From Coleofasciculus chthonoplastes F2-STO-03 (GTDB lineage Bacteria; Cyanobacteriota; Cyanobacteriia; Cyanobacteriales; Coleofasciculaceae), in the NCBI GenBank assembly GCA_040222015.1, contig JAVJWO010000090.1:1-61995 (forward strand): 61,995 bases of DNA, given 5' to 3'. Under the pieces are notes generated by a model, which did not search any database, was not told the DNA's origin, and saw only the letters and a list, made by a program, of their open reading frames with translations. Within the stretch, counting starts at the first letter, position 1. Each line of letters begins with the position of its first letter. The position numbers and the translations under genes were made by a program. Positions 1 through 9,429 of the stretch are shown here, piece by piece.

Positions 1-141
1 CAGAAAGTCTGCACACAGAGGCTTAGGGAAAGCCCAGCCAGTGAAGTGTGAAGCTCTATCAGGTAGAAAAAGCGTACAGCTATCTCTATTTTGATCGAGA
101 AGCTCCCGTTATAGCGCAAGCTTAACGGGAGAGAACGTCAC
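1..141 (+). mobile_element. Right end / omegaRNA region of an IS200/IS605-family (TnpB) element cut by the window edge
   Basis: GAAGCTCCCGTTA..TAACGGGAGAGAACGTCAC: a subterminal hairpin followed by GTCAC, the same architecture as the right end at 39001-39047. Confidence 0.65.
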
Positions 142-493
142 TATCTGAACCATTAAGCTGGCGGGCGATTGCCAGTCGAGCTTCCAGTTTGGCAACACTG
201 AACTGATTCCGCAAGTATTCCAAGTTAGCCACAGCGTTCGCCTTTTGATTGGTTAGCCGCATTACGGTGTTGAGGGCGTGCTGATATTCCAAATTCACCT
301 CTAGTAGCTCAAATCGACGCGCCTTGCGTTGAGAGTCATTTTTTAACTCAGAATCGAAGGCAATTTGCTTGTCGATACTGGCTTCTAGGCGATGAATGTT
401 AAGTTGCACCGCCTGAATTTGTGAGTCCAAATCATTAACGGTTTGAGCGGCTTGTGCGATCGCGGCGGGGTACTGACTCATGTTCATCGTCAA
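122..493 (-). CDS. Hypothetical helical/coiled-coil cyanobacterial protein
   Basis: 123 aa ORF co-oriented with 562..828; its last codons lie inside the IS right end. Confidence 0.7.
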   Translation of the reverse strand: MTMNMSQYPAAIAQAAQTVNDLDSQIQAVQLNIHRLEASIDKQIAFDSELKNDSQRKARRFELLEVNLEYQHALNTVMRLTNQKANAVANLEYLRNQFSVAKLEARLAIARQLNGSDSDVLSR

Positions 494-561
494 TCTTCCT
501 GTATGAGAGTATCAATCTGGACAATCCTTGATCCGGTTATCCAAGCTAGACAGTTAACCGA

Positions 562-828
562 CTACGCCACCCATTCCGAAGGTTGGGACTTGACTGTCTT
601 AGTGGCTCCATCCATGGAACTCCTCTGAGGCTGAGGATTTGGGGCTTTCTCTAAAAGGTTGACTTCAATATTCACCTCCACTAAATACGATCCCGCTTCA
701 TCCCCCACGGCTTGGGCGATTAAACTGGCAAAATCCGGGCGTTCTGCGGTGATTGGGTGGCGTAGAATGCGTTGTTCCCACTCGTACTCGGCGTTGGGGT
801 TGATGCTGAGGATGTAGTGCTTAATCAT
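562..828 (-). CDS. Hypothetical protein
   Basis: 88 aa ATG ORF with a plausible promoter upstream. Confidence 0.65.
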   Translation of the reverse strand: MIKHYILSINPNAEYEWEQRILRHPITAERPDFASLIAQAVGDEAGSYLVEVNIEVNLLEKAPNPQPQRSSMDGATKTVKSQPSEWVA

Positions 829-895
829 GGCGAAAGTCTTGAATGGTTTAGGGGGTCAGGCGTTCACGGTGTAAAATCTTTGATAGTCCCATTGT

Positions 896-909
896 AGTAC
901 ATTTGTACT
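896..909. promoter_or_regulatory. Candidate cyanobacterial LexA (SOS) box
   Basis: AGTAC-ATT-TGTACT fits the consensus RGTAC-N3-DGTWCB and abuts a minus-strand TACAAT -10-like hexamer. Confidence 0.6.
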
Positions 910-940
910 TAATTGCCCAGTACTTTTGGGAAGTGGGGTT

Positions 941-1192
941 GTAGGGGCGGGTTTTACTGATCACGTTTCTCTACAAACCGATAACTTTACTAAACCCGCC
1001 CTTATCGGGGTGCAAGGAAGAGATTAAACCGGGTTGATCCTCGTCGGGGATACACAGTTTTGGAGTTAAATTTCTCTTGGCTATGAGCAGTTTTATGCTA
1101 CTACCCTTGGTGCGTTAGCGAAGCGTAACGCACCCTACAATAGTGGAATAGATTTTACAGTAAATAAAAGACGTAGCATGGCTACGTCTGTA
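941..1192. repeat. Cluster of GTAG/REP-like small dispersed hairpin repeats
   Basis: GTAGGGGCGGGTTT..AAACCCGCCC; GGTGCGTTAGCGAAGCGTAACGCACCCTAC (also near 49036); GACGTAGCATGGCTACGTC. Confidence 0.7.
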
Positions 1193-1243
1193 TAAGAATG
1201 AATGATGTATTTTGACCGTTAACTGTGTTACTGAATCGATGCT

Positions 1244-2950
1244 CTATTCCCTTTCAGCATACTCTGCCTGAACGTCCTGGTGACCATGACCATTCGAGTG
1301 ACCATTCGACAACGATTGCGTCGGTAAGGTGTTATTAAACCAGAGCGCTTGCTGAGGCACTGAAAGCAGGATTCCCGCTTCATCAAACGCCACTTTGAGA
1401 CGACGGCGAAACTCTCGCGCTACTTCCCATTGTTTCAACGGCTGGGTTTTAATCCACACCCGAATAATAAAACCGCGATCGCCAAAATTATCGACCCCTA
1501 AAATGTCGGGTTGATCCAGGATACGCTCCCGCCACATTTGGGTCATAAGCATCTCGTGTGCCACCTGTCTGACCAAATCCAATGCTTTATCAACATCGGC
1601 TTGATAGGTAACGGGAATATTTAAATCTGCCCGTGACCAATTACTCGAAAGATTCGCCACAATTCTAACTTCACCGTTGGGAACCGTAATTAATCGCCCC
1701 TCAGCATCCCGCAACTGAGTAATCCGGAGGTTAATCATTTCCACAAACCCGCCAACATCTCCCACAGCAATAACGTCACCAACAGCATACTGATCTTCTA
1801 AGAGGATAAAAAAGCCATTGATGGCATCTTTAATTAAGTTTTGCGATGCCAAAGACAAGCCTAAACCGATGATCCCAGCACCCGCTAACAGGGGACCAAT
1901 GTCAATCCCAATTGCCGCTAGCGCTACTAAAAGTCCGATCGCACTAAAACTTAAGGTGATAATATTTTTAGTTACCCCAGAAACCGTTGACACGCGCAAC
2001 TGCGATCGCTGGGCGCTTTCTGGCGTCAGTAAATGATTTCTAGCAATGGCAGACGAGAAGCGATCGGTTAAGGCATAAGATAGCCGGATGATCACGTAGG
2101 TTCCCAAGCCGACAATACCCACACGCACAGGAATTCGGAAACTGGCAAGGATTAAAACCTGTAGGGGTCGTGTGTAAGGAAATAGACTTAAAATGAATAG
2201 ACTTCCTCCCACCCAGATAACCCCTTGCGTCAGTTGCAGCAGGCGATGTACAACTTCTTTGACATTTCGCTGTTGATTTTGGTGAAGTTGAGTGGATATT
2301 GGTTCGGCGTTCGATTCAGAAGGCTCTAACAGTTGTTTGGAGCGTTTTAAGCGGCTCTCCCAACGATAAATGAGCAAGCTGGCAACAATCATAGCGACGC
2401 CAGTACCCACAGCAATTCCCACTCGATTCCTTAAAACGTCGGGTTGTCGTTCCTGCTTTTCCTGAGGAAGTTGTTGTTCGAGCTGTTTGATAATTTCGTC
2501 GGCTCTAGTCTCTATAGGAACACCCGTGAGATTTGCATCTTGATTGGTAACACTCATTAAGCGTACTTCTTTGAACCGATTGTCTTCCTCATCAGTAAGA
2601 GAGACGTAAATCTCAGGTAAACTGCTTGGTTGGTCTAATTCTTGGCGAAACTCTAATTCAGCGCTCTCATTTTTGAAGTAAGTCTGGCTGATATCCTGTA
2701 ACCGTTGTTCAATTTCTTGAATGCGTTGGGGTAACTCTGATTTAGGTGCGGCAATCTCAAATAAACAGCGACCATCAAGTCGAACACAACCCGAATCAGC
2801 GGTATCCTCTGATTGCTGCTTGAGAGGATTCGGAGTCGGTAGGTTGACATCGGGTAAACCGGGTATCTGAGCCTGAACTGGAGAGATAACCCAGCCCGCT
2901 AACGCAATTGATCCGACAATTGTCCAAGCTGAAATTCGCATTTTCCTCAT
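1244..2950 (-). CDS. Small-conductance mechanosensitive channel (MscS family) with large N-terminal periplasmic domain
   Basis: TM helices, GLGLSLASQNLIKDAINGFFILLEDQYAVGDVI..G.VE.INLRITQLRD..G.LITVPNG signature. Confidence 0.9.
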   Translation of the reverse strand: MRKMRISAWTIVGSIALAGWVISPVQAQIPGLPDVNLPTPNPLKQQSEDTADSGCVRLDGRCLFEIAAPKSELPQRIQEIEQRLQDISQTYFKNESAELEFRQELDQPSSLPEIYVSLTDEEDNRFKEVRLMSVTNQDANLTGVPIETRADEIIKQLEQQLPQEKQERQPDVLRNRVGIAVGTGVAMIVASLLIYRWESRLKRSKQLLEPSESNAEPISTQLHQNQQRNVKEVVHRLLQLTQGVIWVGGSLFILSLFPYTRPLQVLILASFRIPVRVGIVGLGTYVIIRLSYALTDRFSSAIARNHLLTPESAQRSQLRVSTVSGVTKNIITLSFSAIGLLVALAAIGIDIGPLLAGAGIIGLGLSLASQNLIKDAINGFFILLEDQYAVGDVIAVGDVGGFVEMINLRITQLRDAEGRLITVPNGEVRIVANLSSNWSRADLNIPVTYQADVDKALDLVRQVAHEMLMTQMWRERILDQPDILGVDNFGDRGFIIRVWIKTQPLKQWEVAREFRRRLKVAFDEAGILLSVPQQALWFNNTLPTQSLSNGHSNGHGHQDVQAEYAERE

Positions 2951-3227
2951 CCTGATTGTCTACTTGTTATTTTTCTTAACAATTCAGTATATAGACTAAC
3001 AAAAAATTTAACAGGAGCAAATTAGGGGTAAAAGCGTGTAAAACGGGCAATATGACCTTGTTTGAGCCGGATACAAATTCTTGATCAAAAAAAGTTATAA
3101 CATTCGAGCCAGTCACAAGCAAATATTAACAATCGCTCCTTTCGAGTTATCCTCCATCTTAGGAGGTAGTTTGAGGGAAATCTCTCAGTGCTAACCGAAT
3201 CCATCAAACCTCTATTTCATTGAATGA

Positions 3228-3692
3228 ATGCGACGATATATACTCATGCTCAATCGGCTTTTACCGGAAGCCGTCACTGAAGATGTATTTAAACAACTCC
3301 ATCAAGAGTTGTCAATCGATGCCAGTTGGACGATTAACTATGTTGTACTGACCATTAGTTCTTGTCTGATTGCGACGTTTGGTCTGATTAGCAATAGTAC
3401 CGCCGTAATCATTGGCGCGATGATCATTGCCCCGTTAATGCTGCCCCTACGGGGATTAGCGTTTGGGGCTTTGGAAGGGGACTTGATTTTATTTCGCAAA
3501 GCCTTAGGTGCGATCGCAGGTGCGACAATCATAGCATTAGTTCTCTCGTGGCTAACGGGACGGATTGCTGGGATTCCCGAATATGGTTCAGAAGTGCTAT
3601 CTCGCACCCAGCCCCTGTTCTCCACCAGCCACCAAGCCGTCAATTGTAAGGGCGGGTTTTACTACTATCATTTCCTTTGCACCCTGATGTAA
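3228..3692 (+). pseudogene. Truncated DUF389-family membrane protein
   Basis: IATFGLISNSTAVIIGAMIIAPLMLP motif; similarity ends after SRTQP and the frame runs into a REP-like hairpin at ~3646-3708. Confidence 0.65.
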
Positions 3693-3806
3693 CTCAACCC
3701 GCCCCGACTAAGTTGCGTTTATAGCGCTCAAGCGCAACTACGAATATTGGGTTATGGCAAATAGGCTAAGTTAGTTAAGATGACAATGCAAATTTAGATA
3801 ACATAA

Positions 3807-5093
<1,287 letters not shown>

Positions 5094-5132
5094 TCCTGAA
5101 TTTTTCGGGTGTGGTAAGCTGATGTGCATCTC

Positions 5133-5280
5133 ATACCAAGTTGCAGTCTAATGTAGAATTTGTCATGCTGAGCGTAACGGAGTGTAGCGAAGCATCTGTC
5201 CAGATTCTGACGCTCGTTCCTCGCTATAGCTGCGCTTCACGCTTCGCTCTTCCTAGACATGATAGAACCCAACTCGGTAT
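5133..5280. mobile_element. MITE-like element with internal hairpin repeat
   Basis: Ends ATACCAAGTTG / CAACTCGGTAT are imperfect inverted repeats; internal GTCATGCTGAGCG..AGCGAAGCATCT. Confidence 0.5.
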
Positions 5281-5326
5281 CAATAGACAAGAGTGAGATT
5301 GTTGTCAGGGATGCATTAATTCAATT

Positions 5327-5359
5327 AGATCCTCGACTTCTTGAAGAGGTCGGGGATCT
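5327..5359. repeat. Dispersed hairpin repeat (second copy ~7976-8008)
   Basis: AGATCCTCGACTTCTTGAAGAGGTCGGGGATCT vs AGATCCCCGACTTCTTGAAGAAGTCGGGGATCT. Confidence 0.75.
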
Positions 5360-5414
5360 CCCGAATTCTGGGTGCTAATTCTTAATTTTTATTGTATCGA
5401 AAGGGTTCAAAAAA

Positions 5415-6035
5415 ATGGCTCGACTTTCGGTTGAATTACAACGTTATTTTTTTGAAGAAGATCGACAGCCCCAGGTGAGACTGGCAGATATCCTGTCTTT
5501 CGCTGGGGAGCGAATTTTTGGGTTTTTGTTTGTTATCCTGTCGCTTCCCTCGGCTTTACCTGTTCCAGCACCGGGTTATTCGATCCCCTTTGGCATTGTC
5601 ATGCTGATCTTAGCCTTTCAGCTAATCATTGGTGCTAAACGTCCCTGGTTACCCCAGAAAGTAATGAATGGCAGGATGAAACTGGAAACAGTGCAGGGAC
5701 TGGTTAAAGGGGGGATTCCTTGGTTAAAGAAGATTGAAGCGATCGCACGTCCCCGTCTGGCTTATATCTGTACCAGTCTAACGGGTCGTGTGGTGATTGG
5801 GGTGGCAATTGCACTCATGTCCATCTCGATGATGATTCCCATTCCCGGAACCAATACCTTACCCGCGATCGGTATTTTTGTCACCGGCTTTGGCTTAATT
5901 GAAGATGATGGCGCCATTAGCTTAGCCGGATTAGTGATTTGTTTACTAGGCGGAATTCTCTCAATTTCTATTTTACTAGCCGTTTGGTTTGGCGGTGCAA
6001 GTTTGCTGGATTGGATTAAAGATGTTCTGCGTTAA
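5415..6035 (+). CDS. exoD: Exopolysaccharide synthesis protein, ExoD family
   Basis: LSLPSALPVPAPG and PIPGTNTLPA motifs, hydrophobic. Confidence 0.85.
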   Translation: MARLSVELQRYFFEEDRQPQVRLADILSFAGERIFGFLFVILSLPSALPVPAPGYSIPFGIVMLILAFQLIIGAKRPWLPQKVMNGRMKLETVQGLVKGGIPWLKKIEAIARPRLAYICTSLTGRVVIGVAIALMSISMMIPIPGTNTLPAIGIFVTGFGLIEDDGAISLAGLVICLLGGILSISILLAVWFGGASLLDWIKDVLR

Positions 6036-6091
6036 AAGATGCCAGCTAAAATAAATAAAAATGTAATTTGCTGTTCTCCCTTTAACGCGCC

Positions 6092-6751
6092 ATGTCCCAA
6101 ATTCAAGAACTCGCTCCTTCCCCAGACATCTCACAAGATGTTATCTTTCCCCCAAGTGATCTCTATAGTGATGAACCCCCCTTGGAAACTGAACTGCATC
6201 TGCGACAAATTATCTTACTACTCAAAAGCTTAGAATGGCTATGGCGAGATAGAAATGATTTCTACATCGCTGGCAACCTTACCATCTATTACAGTCCCCG
6301 TCAACGCAAATCAGAAGACTTCCGGGGACCCGACTTTTTTGTCGTGCTAGACACTGAACGGAAAACTCGCAAAAGCTGGGTCGTCTGGGATGAAGATGGT
6401 AAATATCCGAATCTGATTATCGAAATTCTTTCTCCCAAAACGGCTGATACTGACAAAGGATTTAAGAAAAAACTATACCAAGATACCTTTCGTTCCCCCG
6501 ATTACTTTTGGTTCGAGCCAAATACGTTAGAATTTGTCGGATTTCATTTAGTTGATGGAGAATATCAACCCCTCGAACAGAATTCTCAAGGACAATTGTG
6601 GAGTCAGCAGCTTGGTTTGTTTCTAGGAATTCATCAGAATCAGTTACGTTTTTTTACCCCAGAAGGCAAACTCGTACCGACACCAGAAGAAGTTGCCGAA
6701 CGCTACGCCGCCAAACTGCGAGAATTAAATATTGATCCCGAAACCATTTAA
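6092..6751 (+). CDS. Uma2 (DUF820) family PD-(D/E)xK endonuclease
   Basis: GPDFFVV, YPNLIIEILSPKTADTDKG.KK.LY motifs. Confidence 0.9.
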   Translation: MSQIQELAPSPDISQDVIFPPSDLYSDEPPLETELHLRQIILLLKSLEWLWRDRNDFYIAGNLTIYYSPRQRKSEDFRGPDFFVVLDTERKTRKSWVVWDEDGKYPNLIIEILSPKTADTDKGFKKKLYQDTFRSPDYFWFEPNTLEFVGFHLVDGEYQPLEQNSQGQLWSQQLGLFLGIHQNQLRFFTPEGKLVPTPEEVAERYAAKLRELNIDPETI

Positions 6752-6820
6752 GTAGGGTTTGAGGAATATTAAAATAACTTAATATTAATATAGTTGAGTT
6801 TATTTACACCAACCTACTTA
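6749..6820. mobile_element. MITE-like element with TAAGTAGG..CCTACTTA ends
   Basis: 8-bp terminal inverted repeat; the same ends occur at 47471-47589. Confidence 0.5.
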
Positions 6821-6911
6821 GAAAATCGCTTAGTATAACCAGATTAGATTGTTGCAGTCGGTTTTAACCGACTTAAGCTATTAGCCAAGAACTTGAGTTA
6901 TTGGCATCTGA

Positions 6912-7496
6912 CTAGCGAGAAGCTGTGCTTCGGGGAGCTTCATAAATTTTCCATTCACGAATTCCCATCGGACTAAGAATAGCTTCCGCCAAACCAATTT
7001 GATCAGGGTTCCCTTCTACCATAATCAAATACTCACCTTTAGACACTAAATCGTGATAAACCTTAGCTTGCTCGTCAGGAACACCCCAACCGACTAAACC
7101 ACCAACTAAACCGCCACCGACTGCGCCAACTGCACCGCCAGCAACGGCTGTCGCAAAGGCATTAGCCGCAACCGTACCAAATGCTAAAACCTGACCAGCG
7201 CCAGGAAGTAGAAACGCCGCGTAAGTGGTAATACCTAGGGCTTCCAATGCGCCCAAAACAACGCCACCGATTCCACCCGTAGCCGCACCAGCTTTAGCAC
7301 CTTTACTGACTTGATGTCCTTTGCCTTTTTCCACATCAACACCAGCAAGTTCCTCATTCCTACCTGCATCTCTAGCAACGACGGAAATTTGTGATTCCGG
7401 GAAATCTGCCCGTTTCAAATCCTGTACCGCTTTTTCCGCTTCTTCACGAGTCGGGAATACACCAAGCGCGTGTCTATTGTGTTTAACTTCAGCCAT
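6912..7496 (-). CDS. General stress protein 17M-like / glycine-zipper membrane protein
   Basis: ALGVFPTREEAEKAVQDL..SQISVV, Gly-rich TM stretch, GVPDEQAKVY motif. Confidence 0.75.
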   Translation of the reverse strand: MAEVKHNRHALGVFPTREEAEKAVQDLKRADFPESQISVVARDAGRNEELAGVDVEKGKGHQVSKGAKAGAATGGIGGVVLGALEALGITTYAAFLLPGAGQVLAFGTVAANAFATAVAGGAVGAVGGGLVGGLVGWGVPDEQAKVYHDLVSKGEYLIMVEGNPDQIGLAEAILSPMGIREWKIYEAPRSTASR

Positions 7497-7692
7497 GTTG
7501 CCCTCGTTTTCTTTTATGATTGTTTCAGCACAAATTCAGCCTTTGGTGCTAGATTTGTGCTTTCTTCCCATATCTACTACACATTGGGTAAGGTATTCAT
7601 CTATCAATAGAGATAAATTTAATATCCAAAACCACCATTTGTAGAGGACTCTGAGGTACATAGAGTCTGCTGAATAAGTGTTTTGGTGGGGT

Positions 7693-7736
7693 AGGGAGCA
7701 GGGGAAGCTGGGGAAGCAGGGGGAGCTGGGGGAGCA
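7693..7736. repeat. G-rich 9-mer tandem repeat (GGGGAAGCA/T)
   Basis: About 5 imperfect units. Confidence 0.8.
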
Positions 7737-7754
7737 ATGATACATTTTCCCTGA

Positions 7755-7857
7755 TAAGCTGTCATGCATTTAAATTGGGTATTAGTAGCGAGCAAGATGC
7801 TCGCACTACCATCCTTTCGTCATTATTGACATTAAGGTTTAAATGCCGAACAGCTTA
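7755..7857. mobile_element. MITE-like element with internal REP-like hairpin
   Basis: TAAGCTGTCATGCATTTAAA..TTTAAATGCCGAACAGCTTA inverted ends; internal GTAGCGAGCAAGATGCTCGCACTAC; partial copies at 58343-58443. Confidence 0.7.
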
Positions 7858-8085
7858 GCGGTGCAAGGGTATGAAAGGGTTTTACCTTATGTCCTTGAAA
7901 ATGAGCCAATGTTCATGCTACTCAAAGCTTTGATATCTAAGGGTTTTGGAGTTGTGCAGCAAATCCTACATAGACAGATCCCCGACTTCTTGAAGAAGTC
8001 GGGGATCTTGCTTAAGGCTGTACCTCATAAACCTGAAATCTGCTGTATCTGTTGCCTGTTGCCTGTTCGCTAAAAAACAGAAAAT

Positions 8086-8604
8086 TTAACCGTTATAAGG
8101 CGGTAAATTGGGTCCCACCTCAGCCTGGACATTTACATCCCGAACCCCTCTAATTTCCCTTGCCAAAGGTTCAATCCGTTCCAGATTATCTTGAGTTTGT
8201 ATGTATCCGGTTACTGTAACGATTCCCTGATTAGCCTGAATCGCTAGTTGAGAGGTTGGCAGGTTAACCTCTAACTTACTCCGCACTTCACTTTGTACAT
8301 TACGATCAGAGCGTTCCTCTCCTTCTCTGAACAGATTGTATCGTTGCTCCCGCGCCCGAATGTCAGCATTGGCTTGCGCTCGGCGGGTGGGGTTCGTTGC
8401 ATCGCTTTTATTTTTTAACACGGTGTCCAAGTCTGGAGGATTACCAACCTCATTAATCGAATCAGGAGCGCTAGTACTGGTTCTAGCGACATCACCACAG
8501 GCGGAAACTCCTAATCCTAAAACACCGGTCAAGCATAAGAGTGTAAACTTATTCATTTTTTCTGTCCTCTTCGACGGCAAATAATCAGTAAAGATGTATA
8601 TCAA
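8086..8604 (-). CDS. BON-domain lipoprotein
   Basis: Lipobox VSAC; C-terminal GIVTVTGYI..A.EIRGVRDV BON pattern; true start probably the second Met. Confidence 0.8.
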   Translation of the reverse strand: MIYIFTDYLPSKRTEKMNKFTLLCLTGVLGLGVSACGDVARTSTSAPDSINEVGNPPDLDTVLKNKSDATNPTRRAQANADIRAREQRYNLFREGEERSDRNVQSEVRSKLEVNLPTSQLAIQANQGIVTVTGYIQTQDNLERIEPLAREIRGVRDVNVQAEVGPNLPPYNG

Positions 8605-8610
8605 TCCATC

Positions 8611-9252
8611 TCAATTCAGTTCCGGTTCTCGATAAACCGTTGATCTAGACATCTGAGCATGAGGCTCATCAACAGCCGTAACGGGGAAATCGGTATTTAT
8701 CCCATCCATCTCTGGAGCATTGTAAATTCCCACTTCTTCGATTCCTCCATCTTTAAGTAGAGAAATTGCCTGACGAATTTGATCATCCGTACCTTCAACA
8801 ATGACCAAAAAATCACCCCGTAAAAATCGTTCATGATACGCTTTAGCCTGTTTCTTGGGAATACCTAATCCAATCAGTGCGCCCAAAAGTCCACCACTAA
8901 CCGCACCAATTCCTGTCCCGGCTAAGGTTGTGGCTACAGCAGTCCCTAAAGCGTCGGCTAACATGACTGGACCAATCAGAGGAATCGCTAACGCACCCAC
9001 ACCGACGAGTACACCCGTTACCAATCCAATGACACCACCGACAACAGCGCCATTAGCCGCCTGTTTCGCCGCTTGATTACCCTTGCGAGTCTTCCTATCC
9101 GTATCGTGAAGCGACTCCTCTTCTAATTCTCGGGCAATCACGGTAACCTGAGCTAGGGGAAAATTAGCCAGGTTGAGTTCCTGTAGTGCTTGCGTCACCG
9201 CGTCTCGGTTTGTAAAGATACCGATCGCACGTTTGTGTTGATGTAAAGCCAT
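8611..9252 (-). CDS. General stress protein 17M-like membrane protein (paralog of 6912..7496)
   Basis: AIGIFTNRDAV..AL.EL, Gly zipper, GIPKKQAKAY. Confidence 0.75.
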   Translation of the reverse strand: MALHQHKRAIGIFTNRDAVTQALQELNLANFPLAQVTVIARELEEESLHDTDRKTRKGNQAAKQAANGAVVGGVIGLVTGVLVGVGALAIPLIGPVMLADALGTAVATTLAGTGIGAVSGGLLGALIGLGIPKKQAKAYHERFLRGDFLVIVEGTDDQIRQAISLLKDGGIEEVGIYNAPEMDGINTDFPVTAVDEPHAQMSRSTVYREPELN

Positions 9253-9429
9253 TGTTCTATCCTTCTACACGCTAAAGATGAATTAGTCTGTTTTAATTTA
9301 TAAGTAAATTTTATCATTTATCGGATCTTGTTTCCTCAATCAATAGGTGTAACTTTAGTCTCTATCCATAGAAAGAAGAAGAAGGAGGTTTATGCACTAT
9401 GAACTCCCTGTTCCCTGTTCCCTTAACGA

